64,000 nucleotides of DNA. It comes from a virus. Where the stretch lies: the IMG/VR virus record IMGVR_UViG_3300020438_004021, positions 72,241 through 136,240 of that record, one strand, 5' to 3'. How positions within the stretch are numbered: position 1 is the stretch's first letter; every line of letters starts with the position of its first letter. Below, one piece after another: positions 1-7,530 of the stretch. The notes under the pieces were generated by a model. The model had not been told where the DNA came from and made no database searches. It was given only the letters and a program-made list of their open reading frames with translations. Made by a program: the position numbers and the translations under genes.

Positions 1-382
1 TAATCTTCTTCTTAGCACCTGCGTCTATTGCGGTAGTCATACCGTGACCGGCTACGATTCGTATTTCCGAACCATAGTGCCTGGTCAACCGCATAATATG
101 ATGTTTATATAGGGTGTCTTCTTTACAACCACCGACGGCTACTACACACTTAATCCCATACTCTTTCGCTACTTTTGCTATAATGGCACTTTGTGGGCTA
201 TGGACCGAACTTGCGGTTACAACCCCACCATTGTGGTTCTCGATTATGTCATCTCTGATTTCATCGAATAGTTGTACTGCCTGCCTTACCTTACCACCAT
301 TGATATGGTTGATTCCGTATGGGGCATATAAATCATCCCTCTTGTAGTATACGTCGCCATGTTTTTGGATAGGGGTCATCAT
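1..382 (-). CDS. PLP-dependent fold-type II enzyme (ACC deaminase/D-cysteine desulfhydrase-like), 3' end outside the window
   Basis: Not in the ORF track. Manual translation from ATG 382 gives MMTPIQKHGDVYYKRDDLYAPYGINHINGGKVRQ...VVTASSVHSPQSAIIAKVAKEYGIKCVV, matching the TP...KRDDL...GGKVR (PLP lysine) pattern. Frame stays open to the window edge. Confidence 0.75.
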   Translation of the reverse strand, partial: MMTPIQKHGDVYYKRDDLYAPYGINHINGGKVRQAVQLFDEIRDDIIENHNGGVVTASSVHSPQSAIIAKVAKEYGIKCVVAVGGCKEDTLYKHHIMRLTRHYGSEIRIVAGHGMTTAIDAGAKKKI

Positions 383-420
383 CTTGAGTATTTATTCTGG
401 ATGCCCAAAAGGTACAATAC

Positions 421-541
421 CCCCCTTCCTGATATCACGAGGGCATATACCACTCCTTGTATATGCCCCCAAGGATATACCACCCATTGTATATGCCCTT
501 CTCGGGTATCTCTGAACCCCCTTCCTGATATCAGGAAGGGG
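421..541. repeat. Intergenic direct/inverted repeat cluster
   Basis: CCCCTTCCTGATATC at 422-436 and 518-532; perfect 24-bp palindrome 518-541; inverted repeat GGGCATATAC/GTATATGCCC at 441-450/459-468 with a degenerate copy at ~473-498. Confidence 0.85.
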
Positions 542-578
542 TATGACGATCGTATGTCAGCTGGCATCAATAAAGGGC

Positions 579-607
579 TTGACAGAAGAGCTCCGGTATG
601 ATCTAAT
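579..607 (+). promoter_or_regulatory. Early sigma70-type promoter
   Basis: TTGACA-17 nt-TCTAAT with extended -10 TG; same architecture recurs at 2058, 6193 and 7287. Confidence 0.85.
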
Positions 608-666
608 GGGGGTTCAGGAATTGGGGAAAGACCCCCTTTGAAACCACCATACGGAGACCCAAAAAT

Positions 667-2049
667 ATGGCAACCAAGCAATCGAGACAAAATAGAGCTG
701 ACTTCATCAAAGCGATGAAGGAGGCAGGACTTACTTCACCTGTCACCCGTGAACAGGTCAGGGAAGTCTGCGATTCCACGGGCATCTATGCGGTTCCGCC
801 ATCATGGATTACGTACGATGCTTCCCGCAAGACCGGTGCTCTCGGCGAGTACCACATCCCAGAACTCTCCGAAGGTGCTACCACAACCGCACCCGCCAAG
901 GAGGCAGCACCCATGACTGCTACTATCGTCACCAATAAGGTGAAAACCGCTGATGTCTGCGATACCACTATGGCACTCGCAATGACTGGTGGTGAGAGCG
1001 AGACTCTCGTCCCAGAGCGAATCAGCACTTACGTTCCTTGGGGTCACTTCAAGGACATCGAGCAAATCATTCGTGCGAAGATGTTCTACCCTTGCTTCAT
1101 CACTGGTCTGTCCGGCAACGGCAAGACCACGATGGTTGACCAGGTTTGTGCGAAGCTCAAGCGAGAGCTGTTCCGCATCAACATCACTACTCAGACCGAT
1201 GAGGACGATTTGCTTGGTGGTTTCCGTCTCATCAACGGTGAGACCAAGTGGTGTGATGGTCCTGTCGTGAAGGCGATGAAGCAGGGTGGAATTCTTCTCC
1301 TCGACGAAATCGACCTTGCGTCACATGCAATCATGTGCCTGCAGCCGGTTCTGGAAGGCAAGGGTGTCTTCCTCAAGAAGATTGGTCAATGGGTCAAGCC
1401 CGCAGCCGGTTTCCAGATTTTCGCTACTGCCAATACCAAGGGTAAGGGCAGCGATGATGGTCGGTTCATCGGGACCAACGTTCTCAATGAGGCATTCCTC
1501 GACCGATTCTCAGTTTGCTTTGAGCAGGCATACGCTCCCAAGAAGGTGGAGCAGAAGATTCTCACCAAGGCGATGCAATCGCTCGACTGCGAGGACAAGG
1601 ACTTCACCAAGAAGCTGGTTGACTGGGCAGACATGATTCGTAAGTGCTTCTACGAGGATGCGGTTGATGAAATCATCACCACACGCCGTCTGGTCAACGT
1701 TGCTACGGCATTCTCCATCTTTGGTGACCGTGCCAAGGCAGTTGAGATGGCAGTCACCCGATTCGATGACTCCACCAAGGAGGCCTTCCTCACGATGTAC
1801 GGCAAGATTGATGCCGACACCATCGTGGGCGAGGAGGAGATGGAGGTGGTCGACTACGAAACCGCAGAACGTTTCGACATTGACGTGTCTTTTGACGACA
1901 AGGACGAAGCGAAGAGACTGGGTGCTAGGTGGGACGTTCCCAAGAAGCAGTGGTATGTCGAAGGCGACAAGTACCGCAAGAATCCCGAAAGATGGGTAAG
2001 ATGGAATCCGGTAGCCGTTTCTACCTCCTCCACTCCCGCACCGTTTTGA
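667..2049 (+). CDS. cobS: CobS/MoxR-family AAA+ ATPase with C-terminal DUF5710-like domain
   Basis: Walker A GLSGNGKT, Walker B LLLDEID, ATANTKGKG..GRF..LNEAFLDRF typical of T4-like phage CobS; C-terminal VSFDDKDEAKRLGARWD..KKQWYV resembles DUF5710. Confidence 0.9.
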   Translation: MATKQSRQNRADFIKAMKEAGLTSPVTREQVREVCDSTGIYAVPPSWITYDASRKTGALGEYHIPELSEGATTTAPAKEAAPMTATIVTNKVKTADVCDTTMALAMTGGESETLVPERISTYVPWGHFKDIEQIIRAKMFYPCFITGLSGNGKTTMVDQVCAKLKRELFRINITTQTDEDDLLGGFRLINGETKWCDGPVVKAMKQGGILLLDEIDLASHAIMCLQPVLEGKGVFLKKIGQWVKPAAGFQIFATANTKGKGSDDGRFIGTNVLNEAFLDRFSVCFEQAYAPKKVEQKILTKAMQSLDCEDKDFTKKLVDWADMIRKCFYEDAVDEIITTRRLVNVATAFSIFGDRAKAVEMAVTRFDDSTKEAFLTMYGKIDADTIVGEEEMEVVDYETAERFDIDVSFDDKDEAKRLGARWDVPKKQWYVEGDKYRKNPERWVRWNPVAVSTSSTPAPF

Positions 2050-2057
2050 ACGAAGCC

Positions 2058-2086
2058 TTGACAGAAGTAAGGAGCCATGATCTAAT
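2058..2086 (+). promoter_or_regulatory. Early sigma70-type promoter
   Basis: TTGACA-17-TCTAAT with extended TG. Confidence 0.85.
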
Positions 2087-2093
2087 GGGTGCT

Positions 2094-2231
2094 ATGAAAG
2101 AATTTTTGATGTGGTGTGAGGATAAAGGCTACTATGAGTGGTCTGACCTCAAAGACGACTACGAGTGGGTCGGAGGTAAGACTCATTCAGAAGCAATGAG
2201 TGAATGGATGAAAGAGGAGGTTGGAGGATGA
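2094..2231 (+). CDS. Small hypothetical early protein (probably leaderless)
   Basis: ATG 8 nt after the -10 element, 45 aa, ATGA overlap with the next gene. Confidence 0.6.
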   Translation: MKEFLMWCEDKGYYEWSDLKDDYEWVGGKTHSEAMSEWMKEEVGG

Positions 2232-2482
2232 TAGTGCTTGATGATTTTGATACCCAAATCCAGTGCGAGGATTATTGGTATGATGACTACGATGGCATCC
2301 CCACAGATGACATCATCGATGACGATGATGAGGACGTTCTCGATGATACTGATGAACACGACGCTGTTTGGGATGACGATGATGAAGATGGCTTCGTAAG
2401 CACTCTGATTGACGGAAATGGGATTACCGCCGAAGGTTATAACTACCTTCATGAACTTGATACCAATGGTTACTTTGTTTGA
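2228..2482 (+). CDS. Highly acidic small protein
   Basis: GGAGG SD; 84 aa with about 31 D/E and no K/R. Confidence 0.75.
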   Translation: MIVLDDFDTQIQCEDYWYDDYDGIPTDDIIDDDDEDVLDDTDEHDAVWDDDDEDGFVSTLIDGNGITAEGYNYLHELDTNGYFV

Positions 2483-2496
2483 AGGAGAAAATCAAA

Positions 2497-2820
2497 ATGA
2501 ATAGTAACACACCTAACCCAGAATGGGCATATGACAACCTCACCGAATCACAGAAGCGTTATGTGGAAATGATTCTTACACACGGACCAGACCTAGGTGT
2601 AGACTGCACCAAGGGTTCATTTTGTCGTGCCGAGCTGCGAGCGGTATCTCGCTCGTTTAAGACAAATGATGACATTCCTAACTGGATTGTTAAGACCAAG
2701 GAACGCAGAGCAGATGTGGGTGTCTATTACGTGCCTGAAGTTGCAGAGCACCAAACCCATGTCCTAGGTGAGCAACCATCAGATGTCGAGGTTGAGACAA
2801 TGGAAGAAGTAGCCGTCTAG
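2497..2820 (+). CDS. Hypothetical protein resembling the N-terminal domain of the CobS-like ATPase
   Basis: AAGGAG SD; RAELRAV..IPNWIVK..RR..GVYYVPEV aligns by eye with REQVREV..PPSWITY..RK..GEYHIPEL. Confidence 0.75.
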   Translation: MNSNTPNPEWAYDNLTESQKRYVEMILTHGPDLGVDCTKGSFCRAELRAVSRSFKTNDDIPNWIVKTKERRADVGVYYVPEVAEHQTHVLGEQPSDVEVETMEEVAV

Positions 2821-2832
2821 TACGGTGGTTAA

Positions 2833-2905
2833 AGGCTGGTAGCTCAGCGGTTAGAGCACCCGACTCATAATCGGTTAGTCGTCGGTTCGAATCCGACCCA
2901 GCCTA
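2833..2905 (+). tRNA. tRNA with CAT anticodon (Ile2-like or elongator Met)
   Basis: Acceptor AGGCTGG/CCAGCCT, D arm TAGCTCAG..AGAGC, loop CT-CAT-AA, T loop GGTTCGAATCC; no encoded CCA; GACTCATAATC arm resembles Ile2. Confidence 0.9.
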
Positions 2906-2918
2906 TTTGGAGAACAAA

Positions 2919-3104
2919 ATGGAAATCACACAAGAGCAGGCAAATAAGTTTTTGAACTGGTTACGAGAAAGTGGTAAGACTAACATGTTTGGTGCTACCC
3001 CCTACCTGCAGAAAAAGTTTAAAATCAACAGGTATGATGCACAAAGGTTTCTTATCAACTGGATGGACATGGACAATTTCGACAAGGACAAGACCCAAGG
3101 ATGA
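2919..3104 (+). CDS. Hypothetical protein
   Basis: GGAG SD; LRESGKTNMFGATPYL is a motif I recognise from small phage proteins. Confidence 0.75.
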   Translation: MEITQEQANKFLNWLRESGKTNMFGATPYLQKKFKINRYDAQRFLINWMDMDNFDKDKTQG

Positions 3105-3454
3105 ACACAGACCACCCATATTCCAACCATGCTGGTCATAAGGTATGGTCCCTGATTAAGGATGGGGCCGTTTATGTTTTCAGACAGTATTATGAAGGTG
3201 GAAAGATTGAGATATGTGAGCCGGATGGTGAGGTACTCAAATTGACTGCTGAGCATGCTAGGGTGGTCTGGGAAACCCTAATCAGCTACGGATTCGTGGT
3301 CCAGAATGCATGCCATCACTGGGGTATGGATGAATTCAACAAGATGAAGAGAGAAGAAGAAATGAAATCTGTCTACCAACTTGGTAATAGGAAAGACAGA
3401 AGGAAAAAAGAATGGTTCGACAAGGTACTCAAAAATTATGCACTGGAGGCATGA
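3101..3454 (+). CDS. Hypothetical protein
   Basis: ATGA-coupled ORF in a tightly packed early operon. Confidence 0.7.
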   Translation: MNTDHPYSNHAGHKVWSLIKDGAVYVFRQYYEGGKIEICEPDGEVLKLTAEHARVVWETLISYGFVVQNACHHWGMDEFNKMKREEEMKSVYQLGNRKDRRKKEWFDKVLKNYALEA

Positions 3455-3455
3455 A

Positions 3456-3719
3456 ATGAACGACAACCACCCCACAACTACTTTTGTCCTTAGTGACGCA
3501 ATCGATGCACTTCGTACCTCTGAGGAGAGGATGCAGGACCCCTTTGCACCAATCGAGCAGATGGTCGGAATGTTGCAGGCAACTCTGGCAATCATCATGA
3601 GGCTTACCAGCAGTTACGACGAGTCGAACTTCACTGGTGAAGAGATTGATTTGGTACACAGGGTAACTACATTGGCATCTGAAATCACGAACGAAATGTT
3701 CACCGGAGAGAACCCATGA
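3456..3719 (+). CDS. Hypothetical protein
   Basis: GGAGG SD upstream of ATG 3456. Confidence 0.7.
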   Translation: MNDNHPTTTFVLSDAIDALRTSEERMQDPFAPIEQMVGMLQATLAIIMRLTSSYDESNFTGEEIDLVHRVTTLASEITNEMFTGENP

Positions 3720-3991
3720 ATAAATCGATAATCGAAATTGAATACGATGAGTCCTACAACACAGAGAAGAAAAGAGTCGTGGACCCAAAGAACAGTAAGA
3801 GATGGCATTATAAAGACATAAAGGTTGACGATCCCAAGGCATGGGAAATCATCACAGTGGAAAATAATGTGACCTTGGTTCCCGGTTACCGGCTCAATAA
3901 GAAGCAAGTAGAGGTACTTTGTAAGAACACTAGGTATGACGTGAGAATTGGGATGCCGGGTCAGTTTCGTGTCAGCAATAGCAGGTATTGA
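3716..3991 (+). CDS. Hypothetical protein
   Basis: ATGA overlap, GGAG SD. Confidence 0.7.
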   Translation: MNKSIIEIEYDESYNTEKKRVVDPKNSKRWHYKDIKVDDPKAWEIITVENNVTLVPGYRLNKKQVEVLCKNTRYDVRIGMPGQFRVSNSRY

Positions 3992-3993
3992 TT

Positions 3994-4308
3994 ATGAAAA
4001 TCATCGTTGAAGAAGAGTATGGTTATCGTTACTGGGTGTGGGAGCTTAAGGCATCCTCTAGGGTTGGTGTTGAAAGACACTTTAGTAAGACGACAGGTGC
4101 ATCGGGAGACGATTATTGGTATTGTACTGGAAAACCAGAGGACCACTTCACAATCGGCGAGTGGAAGCAGGTGGAGTTTCCAGAATACAAGGTCATGGTT
4201 GATAAAGATGATTATGATGCGGCTGCTCACATTCATCAGAACGATGACAGTTGGATTAGTTTTAGGGACGACCCAGTACACTGTATAGACACAGGAGAGG
4301 ACGTTTAA
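3994..4308 (+). CDS. Hypothetical protein
   Basis: Operon packing. Confidence 0.65.
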   Translation: MKIIVEEEYGYRYWVWELKASSRVGVERHFSKTTGASGDDYWYCTGKPEDHFTIGEWKQVEFPEYKVMVDKDDYDAAAHIHQNDDSWISFRDDPVHCIDTGEDV

Positions 4309-4889
4309 TGGCATTTAAAGTATTTGACGATTTCATCGATGAAGGATACCGAGACTTAGTAGAGAATATGATGCTTAACACGCACTGGATGTATCAAAAG
4401 CATATGGATTATGACAATGATAAGGTTCTGGTAGATGGTGCTGACTCCTATTCTCAGTTTTCAAGTGTCATTTTTCACCACGGTTCCGTTAGTAACAACC
4501 ACCTTCATGGCATCTTACTTCCAATGGTTAGTAAGGTGATTAATGAAGAGCTTAAAGGTTACGACCTAGCGAGGTCCAGAGCGATACTTCAGGTTCCTAA
4601 TGTAGCGAGACCCGAAATGTATGTGCCTCACATAGACTTCGATAGTAGATACATTATGAGCGTAATTTATTATGCTTGTGACTCTGACGGGGATACCGTA
4701 CTCTTCGAAGAATCTGGATTTGACGTTAGTATGGAGGATAGAGGAGAACATAGTTTCAAAGAGGTGGATAGGGTCTCCCCCAAGAAGGGCAGACTGGTGA
4801 TTTTTCCCTCAGACGAGTACCATTGTGGTTCTCCTCCCTCCAAGTCCAACAGAATGTTGGTTAATTTTAATTTTGAAAGGAATGCATGA
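4308..4889 (+). CDS. 2OG-Fe(II) oxygenase superfamily protein
   Basis: HxD (PHID), IYY..DSDGDT, PKKGRLVIF, distal His (EYH), R.LVNFNF. Confidence 0.85.
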   Translation: MAFKVFDDFIDEGYRDLVENMMLNTHWMYQKHMDYDNDKVLVDGADSYSQFSSVIFHHGSVSNNHLHGILLPMVSKVINEELKGYDLARSRAILQVPNVARPEMYVPHIDFDSRYIMSVIYYACDSDGDTVLFEESGFDVSMEDRGEHSFKEVDRVSPKKGRLVIFPSDEYHCGSPPSKSNRMLVNFNFERNA

Positions 4890-5218
4890 TGGCTGGACAC
4901 GCAATTTTCGTATTTAATAACAATGAGCAGAGAGAAAAATTCTTCTCTCACAGTATCCTCGAGAAGCATTCTGTCAATGAGGACACGATGGATACCGATG
5001 CTAACTGCAGAATTCGCATACCTACTGGTAACTGGAGGACTAGCGACAACCCGCTCAAGGTTCAGAAGCGGCTGCTCGAGGTAGCAGATGTGGCTAAGAC
5101 GTTCGGTGCTGAATGCCATTTGGACTGTGGTGGTGATAATATGACCGACTGCAATAACCATGAGGTGAGCTGCGGACGGCTATGCGACTTCTGCATGTTT
5201 GAGGAAAATAGGGGTTGA
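4886..5218 (+). CDS. Hypothetical protein with Cys-rich C-terminus
   Basis: ATGA overlap; C-terminal CxxxCxxC. Confidence 0.6.
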   Translation: MMAGHAIFVFNNNEQREKFFSHSILEKHSVNEDTMDTDANCRIRIPTGNWRTSDNPLKVQKRLLEVADVAKTFGAECHLDCGGDNMTDCNNHEVSCGRLCDFCMFEENRG

Positions 5219-5243
5219 CAGAAGAAAGAAGCCATGGTATAAT
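5215..5243 (+). promoter_or_regulatory. Early sigma70-type promoter
   Basis: TTGACA-17-TATAAT with extended TG. Confidence 0.9.
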
Positions 5244-5269
5244 GGGTTTTCAACAGTGAAGGAAAAACG

Positions 5270-5617
5270 ATGACAGTACAGACTAAAGAATACAAAAAAG
5301 AAGTCCGAATGGCTGGTCCCACCAGACTTCTGGACATGGATGAAACGACAATCTCAGACATTTATAGTTGTCTGAACGAAGGAATTTGTGAAATCAAGTA
5401 CACTGGTCCTGATGGAGAAGAGGAAATCAGGTCATGCACTCTAAGAGGTTCATGGGTTCAGAATGACATGAAGAATGACTGGGTTGACCATGAGTATGAA
5501 AAAGGAATCATGGTAGTCTGGGATATGAGCGGAGATGAATGGAGAGGTGGGTCTTGGACTCAGATTCCAATCGACCGAATCACTTTCGTTGAGCAGCTTA
5601 CTGGAGTACACAGATGA
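5270..5617 (+). CDS. WYL_2/SH3-barrel-like phage protein
   Basis: I.Y...DGE..R.CTL...VVWD....WR pattern. Confidence 0.6.
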   Translation: MTVQTKEYKKEVRMAGPTRLLDMDETTISDIYSCLNEGICEIKYTGPDGEEEIRSCTLRGSWVQNDMKNDWVDHEYEKGIMVVWDMSGDEWRGGSWTQIPIDRITFVEQLTGVHR

Positions 5618-5829
5618 GTTTTGATTACCAAGTTGGAGACAAAGCAGTTGACAAGCAGTCCATGAGAATGGGTACAATCATTGATTTGGTTGAAGAGTTT
5701 AATGAATCTGGCGAAAGCACATATAACGCCGCCAAGATTGATTTTGGAGACGGTACTACAGAATGGGTGAATGGTGAAAATATGACCAAACTGCTTCTAG
5801 AAGATTGTACGGATGCCCCCTCGTCATAA
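5614..5829 (+). CDS. Small SH3/KOW-like hypothetical protein
   Basis: YQVGD.....GTI...IDFGDG..EWV. Confidence 0.6.
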   Translation: MSFDYQVGDKAVDKQSMRMGTIIDLVEEFNESGESTYNAAKIDFGDGTTEWVNGENMTKLLLEDCTDAPSS

Positions 5830-5865
5830 ATAAGGTAGATAAGAACCTCGAAAAAGGAGGTCACG

Positions 5866-6084
5866 ATGCCTAACGAGAGGAAAAAGAAGAAAGTCTGGAC
5901 AGAACCAGAGGACAAATCGCAGTGGTTACTAGATTTGATTGATGCCGGAGAATCGGTGGTAGTTGGATATGAGAAATACTTGATGAATAAACTTGACTAC
6001 AACCAGCTGGCACAACTCATGCTTCAACTGCGTGAGCTGCTTCCGATGTCCCTTGAGGACAAAATGGAAAAAGACCCAGAGTGA
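5866..6084 (+). CDS. Hypothetical protein
   Basis: AGGAGG SD. Confidence 0.7.
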   Translation: MPNERKKKKVWTEPEDKSQWLLDLIDAGESVVVGYEKYLMNKLDYNQLAQLMLQLRELLPMSLEDKMEKDPE

Positions 6085-6098
6085 ACTTCGTAATGCAT

Positions 6099-6171
6099 GG
6101 GAGTGTAGCTCAGTCGGTAGAGCATCGGTCTTTTAAACCGGTGGTCGTGGGTTCGAGTCCCACCGCTCCCA
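6099..6171 (+). tRNA. tRNA-Lys(TTT)
   Basis: Acceptor GGGAGTG/CGCTCCC, anticodon arm TCGGT-CT-TTT-AA-ACCGG, T arm GTGGG-TTCGAGT-CCCAC; no encoded CCA. Confidence 0.93.
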
Positions 6172-6192
6172 CTTGGGATTGACAATGAATAC

Positions 6193-6221
6193 TTGACAGG
6201 ATAAATAACCTGTGATCTAAT
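6193..6221 (+). promoter_or_regulatory. Early sigma70-type promoter
   Basis: TTGACA-17-TCTAAT with extended TG. Confidence 0.85.
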
Positions 6222-6312
6222 GGAATTTGTGAAAGCATCAATAGGACCTAACCCGATGGGGTATGAGATGCGTGAATGTGAAATCGTCGGGAATTTTAAG
6301 GAGAATGTCATT

Positions 6313-6585
6313 ATGATGACAAAGATCTCAAAGCGTCGTAAGGTTATGAACTTCCTCAGCAACTCTGACAAGGGACTAACCGAGAGCGAAGCCCGCTCAA
6401 TGTTTGGTGTCAATGCACTGCCTTCAGTGATCAGCAGCATCAAGAAGCAGGTCGAATGCAATGGTAATTGGGAAATCGTCAAGGAGCGTACGCCTCGTAA
6501 CAAGGTTCGCTATTTCATGAACGATACCCACCCAGGCACTCGCTCCTACGGTTTCAACCGTGACGGCAGTCGCTACGCTATCTGA
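6313..6585 (+). CDS. Putative winged-helix DNA-binding protein
   Basis: AAGGAG SD; KVMNFL...GLTESEARSMFGV..LPSVISSIK helix-turn-helix pattern. Confidence 0.65.
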   Translation: MMTKISKRRKVMNFLSNSDKGLTESEARSMFGVNALPSVISSIKKQVECNGNWEIVKERTPRNKVRYFMNDTHPGTRSYGFNRDGSRYAI

Positions 6586-6609
6586 TTCCTAACGGAATCG
6601 CCCCCTACA

Positions 6610-7045
6610 ATTCAAGTCTTTTGATGGGTTCACTCCCATTGAAAGACATTCTTGACAAGTGAATAGAATATAAGTGCATTGGGATTAATTACCTCGATGC
6701 CGGACGGTGACAGAATATTTTTCGTTACTGAAGATAATGTATGCAATTCCTCGTGGTAAGGTGCGAATGCTCAAATGAGTGAAGTAGTCTTTGACCAAGA
6801 CAGTTGCAGTGCGAGTAGGAAATAACCAAACTAGGTAACTCCGAAAGTTGTGGGTATAGTTGAGTCCCATCCGTCCATGAATAACGTCTCAGAAGAGGTG
6901 GTTCGAGTCCACCCATTAGGGCTGCAGTCAGACCCTGTAGTGTATGTCAGAGTTCAGCACGCTGAGACAGGATTTTCCGAGGTTGTGTGGGGTGGAGCAG
7001 GGTGGTTGACTTTCTAGTTTGACAGCTCCCCCACACAACCTTTTA
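6610..7045 (+). ncRNA. Candidate large structured ncRNA (ROOL/GOLLD-like?)
   Basis: No credible ORF; nested helices 6616-6628/6635-6647, 6702-6707/6871-6876, 6886-6892/6962-6968; T-loop hairpin 6897-6913; 13-bp terminal stem 6980-6992/7029-7041 followed by Ts; close to tRNA-Lys. Confidence 0.55.
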
Positions 7046-7201
7046 ATCTACCGTTCTAAAGGAGACCTGCTATGGAGACCTAGGATTTTATTAATAAGAT
7101 AGGATTTTAATATTATAGCACGTCAATTGACAGACTCAAAACAGCAACCGAACGAAGTTAACTGGTCTTCCTATCGTTCGGTATTAAAGACCAGCGTTCT
7201 G

Positions 7202-7226
7202 ACCCCGTACGATAACGGGGTTTTTT
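7202..7226 (+). terminator. Rho-independent terminator
   Basis: ACCCCGT-acgata-ACGGGGT followed by a T run. Confidence 0.8.
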
Positions 7227-7232
7227 CATATA

Positions 7233-7315
7233 CCCCCTCCTGATATCTAGAAAACGCTATATCCCCTCCTGATATCGAGAAGGTACTTGACAGGAGGTCA
7301 AAGCCATGATCTAAT
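7233..7315 (+). promoter_or_regulatory. Early promoter preceded by two CCCCTCCTGATATC boxes
   Basis: Boxes at 7234-7247 and 7263-7276; TTGACA(7287)-17-TCTAAT(7310). Confidence 0.85.
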
Positions 7316-7338
7316 GGGTGGAGTAAAAGGAGATATGG

Positions 7339-7530
7339 ATGGCAAAACGAGTATGGGACAGATTTGACGAAGAAGCCGAGAGAGAAGGAGCCGCCTTCAC
7401 CAAGCAGGTAGTCACCCAAATTATAAAAGGTGGGGGTCGTGAAGGCAAGAAAATCCGAAAGCAGAGAAGCGGCATCCAAGCTGCTCTTAACCGTTCTGAA
7501 ATGCGTATTATGAGGAAATATCTAGTATGA
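7339..7530 (+). CDS. Small basic hypothetical protein
   Basis: GGAG SD downstream of the promoter. Confidence 0.7.
   Translation: MAKRVWDRFDEEAEREGAAFTKQVVTQIIKGGGREGKKIRKQRSGIQAALNRSEMRIMRKYLV

Noticed and set aside
421-541. Mini-CRISPR array or the overlapping ORFs 359-601 and 379-690
   Set aside because: Repeats are short and irregularly spaced; the ORFs have low-complexity repeat-derived sequence and overlap a promoter
6886-6968. Third tRNA or tmRNA
   Set aside because: A T-arm is present, but I found no matching D arm, anticodon arm or acceptor end in tRNA order, and no tmRNA termini
6610-7045. Group I/II intron or RNase P RNA
   Set aside because: Not inside a gene, and I could not find group I P7, group II domain V or RNase P P4 signatures
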